Source: Nitrospirota bacterium
GTDB lineage: Bacteria; Nitrospirota; Nitrospiria; SBBL01; JAADHI01
DNA length: 64,000 bases
Assembly (NCBI GenBank): GCA_029261195.1
Contig: JAJDBU010000044.1
Location: 13,396-77,395 of the forward strand
Reading direction: 5' to 3'
Positions 19,477 to 29,493 of this stretch are shown here, one piece after another. The notes beneath the pieces are model-generated. The model was not told the DNA's origin. It saw nothing but the letters and a program-made list of their open reading frames with translations, and ran no database searches. The first letter of the stretch is position 1; every line of letters begins with the position of its first letter. The translations under genes were made by a program, and so were the position numbers.

Positions 19477-22400
19477 TTATTTCTCAAGCATCGAGACAGG
19501 TCCGGGCGCTTCTTCAAGACCCGATAATACCTCAGGGGTCCCCTCTTGCGGGACATCTGCTGTTCTGCTGCCAACACCCCCGCCCGAATTCAGCGGAAGG
19601 ATGGACTGGTTACCAGGCGGCAGGACTTTAAAATAGCCCCACTGACCCGCAGCCGCATAAGGCAAGCGATGGTTCTGCCAGAGTTAGATACCCGGCAAGG
19701 TGGTCGGACCACCCGCAGATTTGACCATGACATCCAGGTTTTCAGACGATCCGAACTCCTCAGAGGAGAACATGTCTGCACCTTTCATGTTGATCTTCAG
19801 CGGCCATTCGTGACCTTCGAGAGAGAACACCTGATTCTGCTCGTTGAAGGCGCCGAAGACGTGGATCCGAACAGGATCACCCGCATGGGCACTGATCGTC
19901 GGTGTGACAGGGTCACCCGCTCCCGCGACACAAGGCTGGAACATGGTGCCGAGTTCACAGCCGTTCTCCTCGCGATACATCCAAGGCTCGATCCGGTAGT
20001 TTACACCGGCCAAACCTGCAATCTGCTGGATGTAAGGCATGAAGGCTGTTCCGATGATGTTGTCCTCATCCTGGAAATAGAGGGCAAAATCACGGTAGTC
20101 GGAACGTCCCTGACTCAGAGGAGAGCTTCTGTCGAGAATGACATCAGCCGCCCAGGCATTACCCATGGAAATATCTGCGCCAGTAACCGGGTCGCGATAT
20201 TTCGCGCCACGAGGTCCGACGATGATACCACCAAAGAGTCCGTCCCGAACACTGTTCATGAAGTTACCCCAATCCCACACAATCGCTGAGAACTCACCGT
20301 ATTCCGGCGGCGCATAGAAGGTGTAGGTTTTGCTCTTACCTGGGGCAACCGTCTGGTCTCCCTTGTTGTTTCCGACGTTCACACCCTGTGAATCGTGCGG
20401 ATCAAAGGCCAGCATGTCAGCCGAGAAGGATGCCTTAAGCCCCTTCAGGTTGTTGCGGAGGTTAACCTTGATACAGTCTCCGACATTGACACGCAGGGTT
20501 AAAGGATGAGGCAAAGCGCCTGAAGCCACCTTCGCCATGTCACCTTCCAGCATGAAGATTTTGCCTTCGGGGTTCGAGATCTGAAGTTTCCGATCAAAAT
20601 CCACCTCAATGACATCTGGCGCATTCGGATTGTACTTCATGGCATGGTCAGTCGCCACGACGTTGAAACGCTTGACCGGCGCATCTGCCGGGCAGACGTT
20701 CTTTGCAGACTTCGGAATTACGCTGTGTCCCGGAAGCTTCTGAAGATCAGAAGTTTCTTCATCAAGGACACGAAGAATTCCCCAGCTGCCTTCGCCCAGT
20801 TTGGAAGGACGTCCGTCATAATGGAGGTAATCACCTGCCATCTGCATCGGTCCACCCGCCTTCGTGACGAAGTCGTAGCGTTCTGCAATCCCGATATGAT
20901 GTGCATTCCGGAGATCACTATGCTTCGCATAACGCTCTGTACGGAAGGCATGTCCCGCGACGTGCCAGACATGGGATTCGTTCATCATGGTATGAAGCAT
21001 CCGGAAGACAACTGTATCACCCAGATAGGAACGAATCAGAGGCGTACCCGGATCTTTCCCGTGTGCCGTCGAAGAGAAGACGAGGGAAGGATCAGGATTA
21101 TTCTTCAGGCGTTTCGCAATGGATTCCGCCTTGAAGAAGAAACCGCCACCCGTGGTGTGTGTACCACCATTCAGATGCTTGACCGCAACATAGTCGAGAT
21201 CATAAGGCATCTGGAAAAACAGCACCTGACCGGCATCAATCGCAGCCCGTTTGGTCTGTCCCGGAGGATTCCCGTCTGTGACAACCTGCGCGGTATGCGG
21301 CACAGTGTCATGTAGGAACTGGGCAATCTCACGGAAACTCCCGCTGTAGCCGTAACCAACTGGCTCCATGGAGTGAATATCCGCAATAGGGCCGGAACGG
21401 ATTTCGTCGCCCGTAATCGGATCATGATAGGTTGAACCCACCGGCTCAACAATCATGGCACCCACCGCGCCGTGAGGCCAGGTGGTTCCACCCAAGGCAT
21501 GGTCATGCCAGAAGACGGTTCCGACATCGGCATCCGCCCAAAGACGATAACGCACCCACTCGGTGGAGATGATTTCACCTGTCTTGTGAGCATGTTTCAA
21601 AGGCTCACTGAAAGTCAGGGTGTCCACACCGCTTGCGGCATCATGCTCGATGTTCCGGATCCAACGGACCTCAGAAGTTTCCACCTGATGCATACCGAGC
21701 ATGATGTCGGTATTCACATGGAAAGGCACTGCGCCTTTACCCATTTTGAGCTTGATCGTAATGGCACCGATGACCGTGTCTTCGGTTTGAAGCGCATTCA
21801 TCGGTGCAGGAAGTCCACGTTTCTCTTCCTTGCCCAGCATGGTGAAAGGACGCATCGACTGATCATAGGAAAATCCGCTGATCACGCCGTCTGAGGCCTG
21901 GTTGTCGAACTGAATGAAATGAGGATGAATGTTGATCTTGGACATCTGGAAGTTAGTCGGGTTGTTATCCACCCACTCACTCTTCAAGATGACGTCGAGG
22001 CAGTCATACACATTCAAACGATAAACAAGAGGACGGGCTAGATCGGGATTCGCCCGAACTTTAGCAACGTCTTCAAGCAGGACATAGATCAAGCCGTCCT
22101 GATCGACCACTCTGCTTTCGCCACCGATTGCGTCGTTCATGGTAATCGGGGTTTGAATAAAGTGGATGGTGTATTGTTTACGACCGGCACCCTCTGGACA
22201 AAGGCTCCAACGACCCTGTTCTCCCGGACGCGCCGGTGAGGTAGTCTCTTCACCCGGTGCACCGATGCCACCTGGATCGGTACTTGGCGTACCGTGGTTT
22301 TTTTCCATGTGGATCGGCTCTAACCACGGCGCGCCGCCGTGATGACGTGCAAAAGGTACACGTTTGCCGAAATGAGGTTTGAAGTGCGGCCAGGAAATTT

Positions 22401-24411
22401 TTCCTGTCTTTTTCTCAAACAGGATGGCGGGACGTTTGCCCGGCATGGGGGATTTATATTTCGGATTCGGGAACTGACCCGTATCTTCTCTTTCACCCAT
22501 AGCCGTCAGGCCGTCCCAGCTCCAATCCCAGACACTGGCGTCGTAGGCCAAAATCTGACCTTTTTCGTCAGAGGTATGACCCGGTTCACCCATCGGAGGC
22601 ACCATCATGGTGACCCAGTCTTTGATGGAGATATCCGGAATCGGTTTCGACCAGTCTGATTTGTCTTTTGTGATGTTCCATTTCTTGTCAAACCAGTCCA
22701 TGGTTTTACCGACCAGTTTGTCAGAGGTCACGCCTGGCTCCATCCGGCCTTTACGATCCGGCAACTCCTGAAGCGGCACCATGGCATCGGTGCTGACAAA
22801 AGGATAGTTGCCCGACTGGATGGTGTTATACACACGCCAGTAGCCCCACATGCCCGCAACATAGTGATGGGCCACATGGCAGTGGAAGAGAAAGTCTCCA
22901 GCCAACTGCTGGCAGAGACCTGATCCGCACTCCGTCTGAAGGTCAAGCACTTCAGAAGGTCCGATCACTTCGACGTCAACACGGTCAGAGACGGTCCGGA
23001 TAACGGGAAACTTCACCGGGTTATCCCAGGCTGCGGTCAGGAGCTCTTCGCCCTTGCCGTCGGCCTTCGGTGAACGCAACCAGCGGATGGATCCGCCGTG
23101 AGGGTGATGACTGTGGAAGACCTCGCCGCCGCCGTGGACCAAGCGGAACTTGGCAGGATCACCCATGTAGGAACGCGGAATCGTCGTCGGCACATCTCCG
23201 AAGGTATAGGAGCTGTAAGCCATCGACTCATCTTCAAAATGGAAGTACTTCTCTTGCATGGCAAGGTTGTTGATACCGAAGGGCTCTGAGCGGAAGTTCA
23301 TGGCTCGGGCAGAGGGACGATAGGCATCGGTGTTCGGATCACGCTGAGGGATCATCTCACCATCCCGGTTCAGCGGACGGAAGGACTCATCGCCGACTTC
23401 GTGATACACAAGGACAAACTCACGGAAGTCCTTGGAAAGTGGATTGATCTTGTCGTCATAGGCGATCATCATCGTCCAACCACTCTGGGCTTCTTCTCCG
23501 GAGATCGGATTCAGATATGTTGCGCCCATGGGCTCAACAATGAACGAGCCGATTAAGCCCAAGCTGCCTGGTTCACGACCGGCATGGCTGTGAAAGGATC
23601 TTGCGCCTTCCTGAGCATCCGGCTGGATGTACCATTCAAAAACCTGGCTTTTTCCAGGGCTGATATTGGAATCCGGGTTGACCGAAGTTGCCGGCTGACC
23701 CGTGGCCTTAATCACCTGTTGAGAACCATGAATGTGGAGACCGGCATCCTCCTCCTCTACTTCATTCCGTAAGGTAATGACCATGCAGTCACCCTGGTTA
23801 CCACGGATGATCAGAGGGGAAATTAAATCGGTCTGATGACCGAGGCTGACTGCACCCGGATTGAATCCCGGGGCCGAGCGGGCCTCTGTGTTCAGACGCT
23901 CTTCTTCGCGAATGGCCGGGATATCTTTAGTGATGGCATACATGTATCCCGGGTGAAAATCCAACCACTGATTTAATGTGACTTCCACATTGATCGCAGT
24001 GATGTCGAGTTCTTTGATCGGCGCTCCGGCCGGGCAACCGCCGCCGGAAGTCACAGATTCTCCGGCCCCTGTCGGGCCTAAGAACCAGCTTCGGTCCATC
24101 TGCTGCATTGCGCTTAAATCACTAAACGGGCCGGTGTTACCCGACTTTTCGGCATGGCCTTTGATTTCGCTCATCAAGGTGTCCATCGCCGCGTCGACTT
24201 TCGCCGCACGTCCAGTTTGGCCTTCTCTTGTCTCTTCACGACGGATCTGGGCTTTTAATTTTGCCTTCCAGTCAGCGGAAGCCACCATGACAGCGTCCGG
24301 AGTTTCCGAATGCTGATGATCGTTACCACTGTCGGCTAAGGCCAGGCCCTGCGTCGAGAAGATCAACAAAAAAGCAAAGAAGACGCTCAAACTTCTGTTG
24401 GTCTTATCCAT
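19477..24411 (-). CDS. Large multi-domain multicopper oxidase (MnxG/ceruloplasmin-like); one in-frame TAA at 19684-19686
   Basis: Signal peptide; HIH, HSH, HSHHPH, HCHVAHHYVAGM, HPH, HDH motifs; frame continues past the stop as LWQNHRLPYAAAGQWGYFKVL to 19477. Confidence 0.9.
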
Positions 24412-24583
24412 ATGGATTCTTCTCCTTTTCCTTCTATTGAATTGATTCTCTTCTTGAATTTACTTCTTTGTAAACGTGGAGATTTTTCATGAAAACGACC
24501 TATCACCAGCATCGTCATTTGGAAAGGGGTGTTGCTACTTAACTTCGACAAATCCATACTCATACTCTCGCCAAAGATTCGGC

Positions 24584-24612
24584 AATCTAGCATGGGCCTA
24601 AATAAGTGTCAA
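24584..24612 (-). promoter_or_regulatory. Sigma70-type promoter of the multicopper oxidase
   Basis: Minus strand TTGACA-N17-TAGATT with extended -10 TG. Confidence 0.65.
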
Positions 24613-24649
24613 GAACTTTTTACATGTTTATTTACATTTACACATAAGC

Positions 24650-24681
24650 CCACAAGTGCTTAATTTTTTAGACACTTGTGG
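24650..24681. promoter_or_regulatory. Inverted repeat CCACAAGTG-N14-CACTTGTGG, candidate regulator site
   Basis: Perfect 9-bp arms about 40 bp upstream of the -35 element. Confidence 0.45.
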
Positions 24682-24800
24682 ACATAAAAAGACTGACAGA
24701 GCGGTCATGAAAGGCAGGATTTACCGGAAAGCACAAACTTCAAAGAAAAAAGGGACGGAAGGGGGAAAAACACAACAGTCGGGGTGAAGACCCGCTATCT

Positions 24801-25196
24801 TTAATTCGGAAAGCCGACCTTTATTTTCACGCGGCTTCTTACGACATCCGGCACATAAGGGGTCATAACATAGGAGTCTGCAACAATTTCGACCGTCTGC
24901 TTCGGTCCGACATATCGATTGGCCACATTCCGGGCAAGGGGCACGTCATCTTTATCCAATAAGTAATAGTAGGCAAAAACCCGCTTCCGAACATCCGAGT
25001 GATTTCGGACAGTGACCCTCCAGAAGTACTTTGTTTTGCCGATATAAGTCCACTCCGCATCCGCATACCACTCGTGATGGAGTATCTCGATTTGCCTGGC
25101 GTCCCGATCCGCGGCCTCAACTTGAGCAGGCCCACCCGCAACTGAAGCAAAGCAGACAAAAAAAATAAAAAAAATCGAAGAAAAGAAGTACTTTAT
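24801..25196 (-). CDS. Exported FxLYD-like protein (131 aa), absent from the ORF track; ATA at the start position
   Basis: Open frame (M)KYFFSSIFFIFFVCFASVAGGPAQVEAADRD...WRVTVRNHSD...YYLLDKDDVPLARN...VGPKQTVEI...GFPN*; start overlaps the upstream stop, with GGAGG upstream. Confidence 0.75.
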   Translation of the reverse strand: MKYFFSSIFFIFFVCFASVAGGPAQVEAADRDARQIEILHHEWYADAEWTYIGKTKYFWRVTVRNHSDVRKRVFAYYYLLDKDDVPLARNVANRYVGPKQTVEIVADSYVMTPYVPDVVRSRVKIKVGFPN

Positions 25197-25819
25197 TATT
25201 TCTCCTCCTCCGCTTCAATCTTCCTTGTGCCCATACCAAAAGGAAGCTTGCGCTCTTTCAGGGTCGCTAAATTTCGATAGGTCGTCTGAAATTGTTCGTC
25301 CGACAGGGAAGGTTCGGACAGAGCAGTCAACTCATCCGGGGTAATCGCGATCCAGGTCAATTCGGCCAAATCAGTCGCCCCGACCCTTGCCCAATGATGC
25401 GGCATAAATTCCTGCATGATCAAAAAATTGATACCCCGATTAAACTCCAGGGCCTTTTTAATCGCCAATCGCCCGTTTTCGGCTGAAATGCACCGGCCTA
25501 TGCCAAGATTCATCGGCGGATCAAGGTTCATCGGGAAAAAAGTCAAACGCACCTTCAAGGACTCGTCAAGCGCAATCAAATCCTTTTTAATCGCCTTCTT
25601 TTTCTTTTTATATTTCTTTGCCAACTTCATATCAATCTTCGTTCTATTGCCTTTGCTGGCCTCCGCATTGCAGTCATAGCTTTCTTTTGCGACAAAGGCA
25701 TGCGACTCAGGCACGACAAAAACCAGTGCAAGCAGTACTGAGATTATTAGTGTACATTTCTTGTCAATTTTTTTATGAGGCGCCACAAACATTCCGTTCT
25801 CTCCCTGTATCATCATCAC
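25196..25819 (-). CDS. Exported hypothetical protein
   Basis: Signal-like segment; tightly coupled to both neighbours. Confidence 0.7.
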   Translation of the reverse strand: MMMIQGENGMFVAPHKKIDKKCTLIISVLLALVFVVPESHAFVAKESYDCNAEASKGNRTKIDMKLAKKYKKKKKAIKKDLIALDESLKVRLTFFPMNLDPPMNLGIGRCISAENGRLAIKKALEFNRGINFLIMQEFMPHHWARVGATDLAELTWIAITPDELTALSEPSLSDEQFQTTYRNLATLKERKLPFGMGTRKIEAEEEK

Positions 25820-25823
25820 TCAT

Positions 25824-26852
25824 TTACTCATTGGTTTCATTAAAGGCCTCGACAGGTTTCAAACGGTCGAGATATTTCTTCGCTTCTTTATTGTCGGGCT
25901 GAAGTTCCACTACCCTTTCAAAACTTTCCCGAGTCATTTTTAATAGCGTATTTCTATCCTCCTGCGATTGCAGTTCTGCGGCCAGAAGGAACTGGGCTTC
26001 ACCCAGGGCGAAGAACACTTCCGGGCTATCCAACCTCACAAGGGAAAGCGTCGCGTACTCTCGGACAGCATCAATATAAAACCCGGCACGAAAATAGAGA
26101 TTGGCGAGACGCTCCCGCGCCGCCGATTCGTTGGGATCTTCATCGACCATCATTTTCCACTGGGCCGCCGCCTCTCCAAAATCGCCCCGTTTTTCATAGA
26201 TCAAACCAAGGTTATAACGGACTTCCAGCAAGGAGGTATCTTTGTCCAGCGCAATTTTGTAAGCCGCTTCTGCCTTGTCATGCTCACCCGATTCAAAATA
26301 GATATTTCCAATGCCCAGCTTCACGATGGCGACATCAGGAACCAGCTCATCCGCTTTCAGATAGGCCTCCAGGGCTTCTTTATCTCGATTTAAGCGAGCA
26401 AGAACGTGACCCAACAAGATATAAGGATGTTCATCATTCGGCGCAAAAATTGAGGCTTTTTTCGCCTCACGAACTGCGGGTTCAAGCTGTCTGCTCGCCA
26501 TGTAATAGCGCCCCAACCAATAATGAACCACCGAATTTTTCGGATTTTTCCGTACAAGACCTTTGTAAAAAGAGATCCCCTGTCTGCCCCGACGCGTTGC
26601 AATATAGGTTTGATGGAGGTGGCGATGATACTTGTGGGTATTGATGCTTAATTTCACCGCTTGAGCAAATTCTACGATTGCATCGTCAAATTGTCGCTGC
26701 TTGTTCAGGGAGACTCCGACCTCAAAATAGGATTCTGCCGTCTCCTCTGCTGTCTCCGCTAACAGATAAGAGGGTAGAAGTACAAACGCCAAAGCGATCA
26801 GGAAAAAAGCCGTACTCGTTCTAATAAAAATCTGTTTCATCAAAGGCCTCAT
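25824..26852 (-). CDS. Exported tetratricopeptide repeat protein
   Basis: Signal peptide; multiple TPR motifs (YNLGLIYEKRGDFGEA). Confidence 0.85.
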   Translation of the reverse strand: MRPLMKQIFIRTSTAFFLIALAFVLLPSYLLAETAEETAESYFEVGVSLNKQRQFDDAIVEFAQAVKLSINTHKYHRHLHQTYIATRRGRQGISFYKGLVRKNPKNSVVHYWLGRYYMASRQLEPAVREAKKASIFAPNDEHPYILLGHVLARLNRDKEALEAYLKADELVPDVAIVKLGIGNIYFESGEHDKAEAAYKIALDKDTSLLEVRYNLGLIYEKRGDFGEAAAQWKMMVDEDPNESAARERLANLYFRAGFYIDAVREYATLSLVRLDSPEVFFALGEAQFLLAAELQSQEDRNTLLKMTRESFERVVELQPDNKEAKKYLDRLKPVEAFNETNE

Positions 26853-26955
26853 CTATGGGTAAATGACGGCGGCATATTAGCATCGGAAGGAGGGAAAAAC
26901 AATCTCTGATCGATTTTCCCTCTCCCAAGGTGTTACTATTACCGGCACGAAAGGA

Positions 26956-28596
26956 GTGACGAATACGAGCATCTACGGATCAACACGCGGGCTGAAGCCC
27001 CTTCAAATCAAGCGTTTGGAGAAGATCGGCCATCGCAAAATCAAGACCGACCAGGTCATCCCCTTTGAACTTGCCCGCCTTCTCACTGCCCTGTCAAGCG
27101 AGATCAAGAAACAACTCGGCCTTCTTGTTGGAAGAGACGGTGTCATTTATGCCGTCATCATCGGGGATCAACGGCAAGTTGTTATTCCCGATCTGGCCGA
27201 GCTCCGTTCCGCGAAACGCCACCTGCGAGGCATCCGACTGATCCACACCCACCTGAAAGACGAGGCCCTCAGCAAAGATGATTTAAGCGATTTGGCCCTG
27301 CTTCGGCTCGACATGATCGTCGCCATCGGTGTTCTGGCAGACGGTATGCCGGGACGGCTTTATCTCGCTCACCTTCTTCCCCCTAATCCACAAGGCGCAC
27401 TCTACGAAATTCACAAGCCGATTCAAATCCACCAGCTTCACCTTGAATGTCGCACCTTCCTTGCGGAGCTTGAAGCCGAGTTTGAACAGGGTCAGACAAA
27501 AAAACTCAGTACTAAAAAACAAGACCGGGCCATTTTAATCAGCGCATCCCGACGGGCTCGTATTGATCAGGAAAATTCAATGGATGAGCTGGATGAACTC
27601 GTCCGGTCAGCAGGATTACTTCCTATTGACAGGGTCATCCAGAGACCCAAAGTCTATCATCCCAAATATCTGCTCGGGGAGGGCAAACTCAAAGAAGTCA
27701 TTATGAAGGCGATTCAGCAAGAGGCCGACCTGCTCATCTTCGACCAGAACTTAAGTCCTCTCCAGGTCAAAACAATCGGAGAGGTCACGGAGATGAAAGT
27801 CCTTGATCGCACCCAACTCATCCTTGACATCTTCGCGCAACGGGCACACAGCCGGGAAGCCAAAGTTCAGGTCGAACTCGCGCAACTTCGTTATCGTCTG
27901 CCCCGACTTTCTGCCCGTTCCACCGCCCTTTCCCGCCTTACCGGCGGAATCGGGGGAAGAGGTCCGGGAGAAACCCGACTCGAAATCGACCGCCGCCGCG
28001 CACGCGACCGCATCGCCCGATTGGAAAGGGAACATCAAAGCCTTGCAGAGGCAAGAGTCAGACGGCGACGGAAACGGACGCAAAACCGTCTGCCTATTCT
28101 TTCGGTCGTCGGCTATACCAATGCGGGAAAATCAACCCTGCTGAACCAATTGACAAAAAGTGATGTCATGACGGAAGACTTGCTCTTTGCCACACTCGAC
28201 ACCACTACACGACGACTCCGCTTCCCGAGGGAAAGAGAACTCATCCTCACAGATACCGTTGGATTCATTCAGTCCCTCCCCCCCGACTTGATGGCGGCTT
28301 TCCGCTCAACCCTTGACGAATTACGAGACGCCCAGCTCCTGATTCATCTCGTTGACATCAGTAGCGCCCGATTTGAACAGCAGATCGAAACCGTCAATAA
28401 AATACTGGAAGAACTTGGGCTGTCGGAAACCCCCTGTCTGCTCGTCTTCAATAAAATCGACCGTGTTAATGTCGAAACCGTCATGATTTTGGAGGAACGC
28501 TATCAGGCCATTATGCTCTCAGCCTTGAATAAAAAGGGTCTCGGCCCGCTCTTAAGCGCTATTGAGCAAATATTATGGGAGGGAAAAGATTCTTAG
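26956..28596 (+). CDS. hflX: GTPase HflX, long form
   Basis: DRTQLILDIFAQRA, GGRGPGET, VGYTNAGKSTL, DTVGFI, NKID. Confidence 0.95.
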   Translation: MTNTSIYGSTRGLKPLQIKRLEKIGHRKIKTDQVIPFELARLLTALSSEIKKQLGLLVGRDGVIYAVIIGDQRQVVIPDLAELRSAKRHLRGIRLIHTHLKDEALSKDDLSDLALLRLDMIVAIGVLADGMPGRLYLAHLLPPNPQGALYEIHKPIQIHQLHLECRTFLAELEAEFEQGQTKKLSTKKQDRAILISASRRARIDQENSMDELDELVRSAGLLPIDRVIQRPKVYHPKYLLGEGKLKEVIMKAIQQEADLLIFDQNLSPLQVKTIGEVTEMKVLDRTQLILDIFAQRAHSREAKVQVELAQLRYRLPRLSARSTALSRLTGGIGGRGPGETRLEIDRRRARDRIARLEREHQSLAEARVRRRRKRTQNRLPILSVVGYTNAGKSTLLNQLTKSDVMTEDLLFATLDTTTRRLRFPRERELILTDTVGFIQSLPPDLMAAFRSTLDELRDAQLLIHLVDISSARFEQQIETVNKILEELGLSETPCLLVFNKIDRVNVETVMILEERYQAIMLSALNKKGLGPLLSAIEQILWEGKDS

Positions 28597-28716
28597 GGAG
28601 ATGGACTGAAAACAAAGACGATTATTAAAACAAGGTTTAAGGATTTTGGCGTATCTTTTAGACTACAGCCTATCCACCCCATTGATATTTGCGATATAGT
28701 GCCCGCCATGAACACT

Positions 28717-29490
28717 TCAACTGATTCGTGCCGACTTCATTCCATCATAAGCTTTAAGAAAGGCCTGCCATCCCATAGCAGAAAAAGTCGGATGCGATCC
28801 TTTGCCTGCAACCTTCACCAAAGAACGGTGCAGGCGAGAAAGGTTGGCTTTTTTCCACGCCTCCCCACCAACCCGCTGCCGGCCCTTATCAAAGTCAATA
28901 AGATAAACCGCTTCCTTTTTATTCAGCAGGATGTTGTGGGCATTCAAATCGGCATGGTCGATACCCGTATCATGAAAACGACGAACCGTCATTCCAATCC
29001 GTCCCCAAAGGCCAAGCGGCAAGTTAGCCTCCCCAAGCATATCTGCAAGCGAGCGACAATCAGGCAGGAGAAGGGTCACCAGGTCAGCGGAGTAAGACCA
29101 ACAATGCCGCACCGCACGCGCTGCGACTGGACGGGGAACCGGAAGCCCCGCATCAAACATCGTTTTCAAAAGAGACCACTCCTGCCAGGGGCGTGTGCGG
29201 GCAACACCCGGCCAGATATAGCGATCACTCACCCAATTTGCGAGCATGCCTCCTCTTCGATAATGACGCAGAGCATAAACACGACTTCCGTCCTGAACAA
29301 AGTAGGTCGTGCCTCGTCCAAGCGCCTGACCAACCAATGCCCCACGCCGACGCCAAAACTCGGGATCAAAAAACGAAACCTCAACAATATCAGGCGCGAC
29401 CCTCTCAGACGAGACCCTCTCAGACCTGAACAGCTCGGGGTCGAATAGAATATGCTGTTTCCCAAGCTGTTTATAGGAGGGCGTCACCAA
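28717..29490 (-). CDS. kdkA: 3-deoxy-D-manno-octulosonic acid (Kdo) kinase
   Basis: GRGTTYF, LRHYRRGG, GLPVPRP, HADLNAHNIL, LIDFDKG, NLSRLHRSL. Confidence 0.9.
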   Translation of the reverse strand: MVTPSYKQLGKQHILFDPELFRSERVSSERVAPDIVEVSFFDPEFWRRRGALVGQALGRGTTYFVQDGSRVYALRHYRRGGMLANWVSDRYIWPGVARTRPWQEWSLLKTMFDAGLPVPRPVAARAVRHCWSYSADLVTLLLPDCRSLADMLGEANLPLGLWGRIGMTVRRFHDTGIDHADLNAHNILLNKKEAVYLIDFDKGRQRVGGEAWKKANLSRLHRSLVKVAGKGSHPTFSAMGWQAFLKAYDGMKSARIS

Positions 29491-29493
29491 GAG

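Noticed and set aside
19477-19665. Separate 62-aa gene
   Set aside because: In-frame continuation of the multicopper oxidase beyond the premature stop
19684-19686. Selenocysteine/pyrrolysine or alternative-code readthrough
   Set aside because: The codon is TAA, which many genes here use as a normal stop; the expected residue is Tyr
19546-24316. Several long plus-strand ORFs (e.g. 19546..20289, 20644..21315)
   Set aside because: Antisense shadows of the MCO with no recognisable motifs
24863-25159. ORF-track 98-aa minus-strand protein
   Set aside because: Wrong frame; the overlapping frame 24801..25196 has a signal peptide, an RBS and coupling to the upstream gene
28699-29448. 249-aa plus-strand ORF
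   Set aside because: Antisense to the well-supported kdkA
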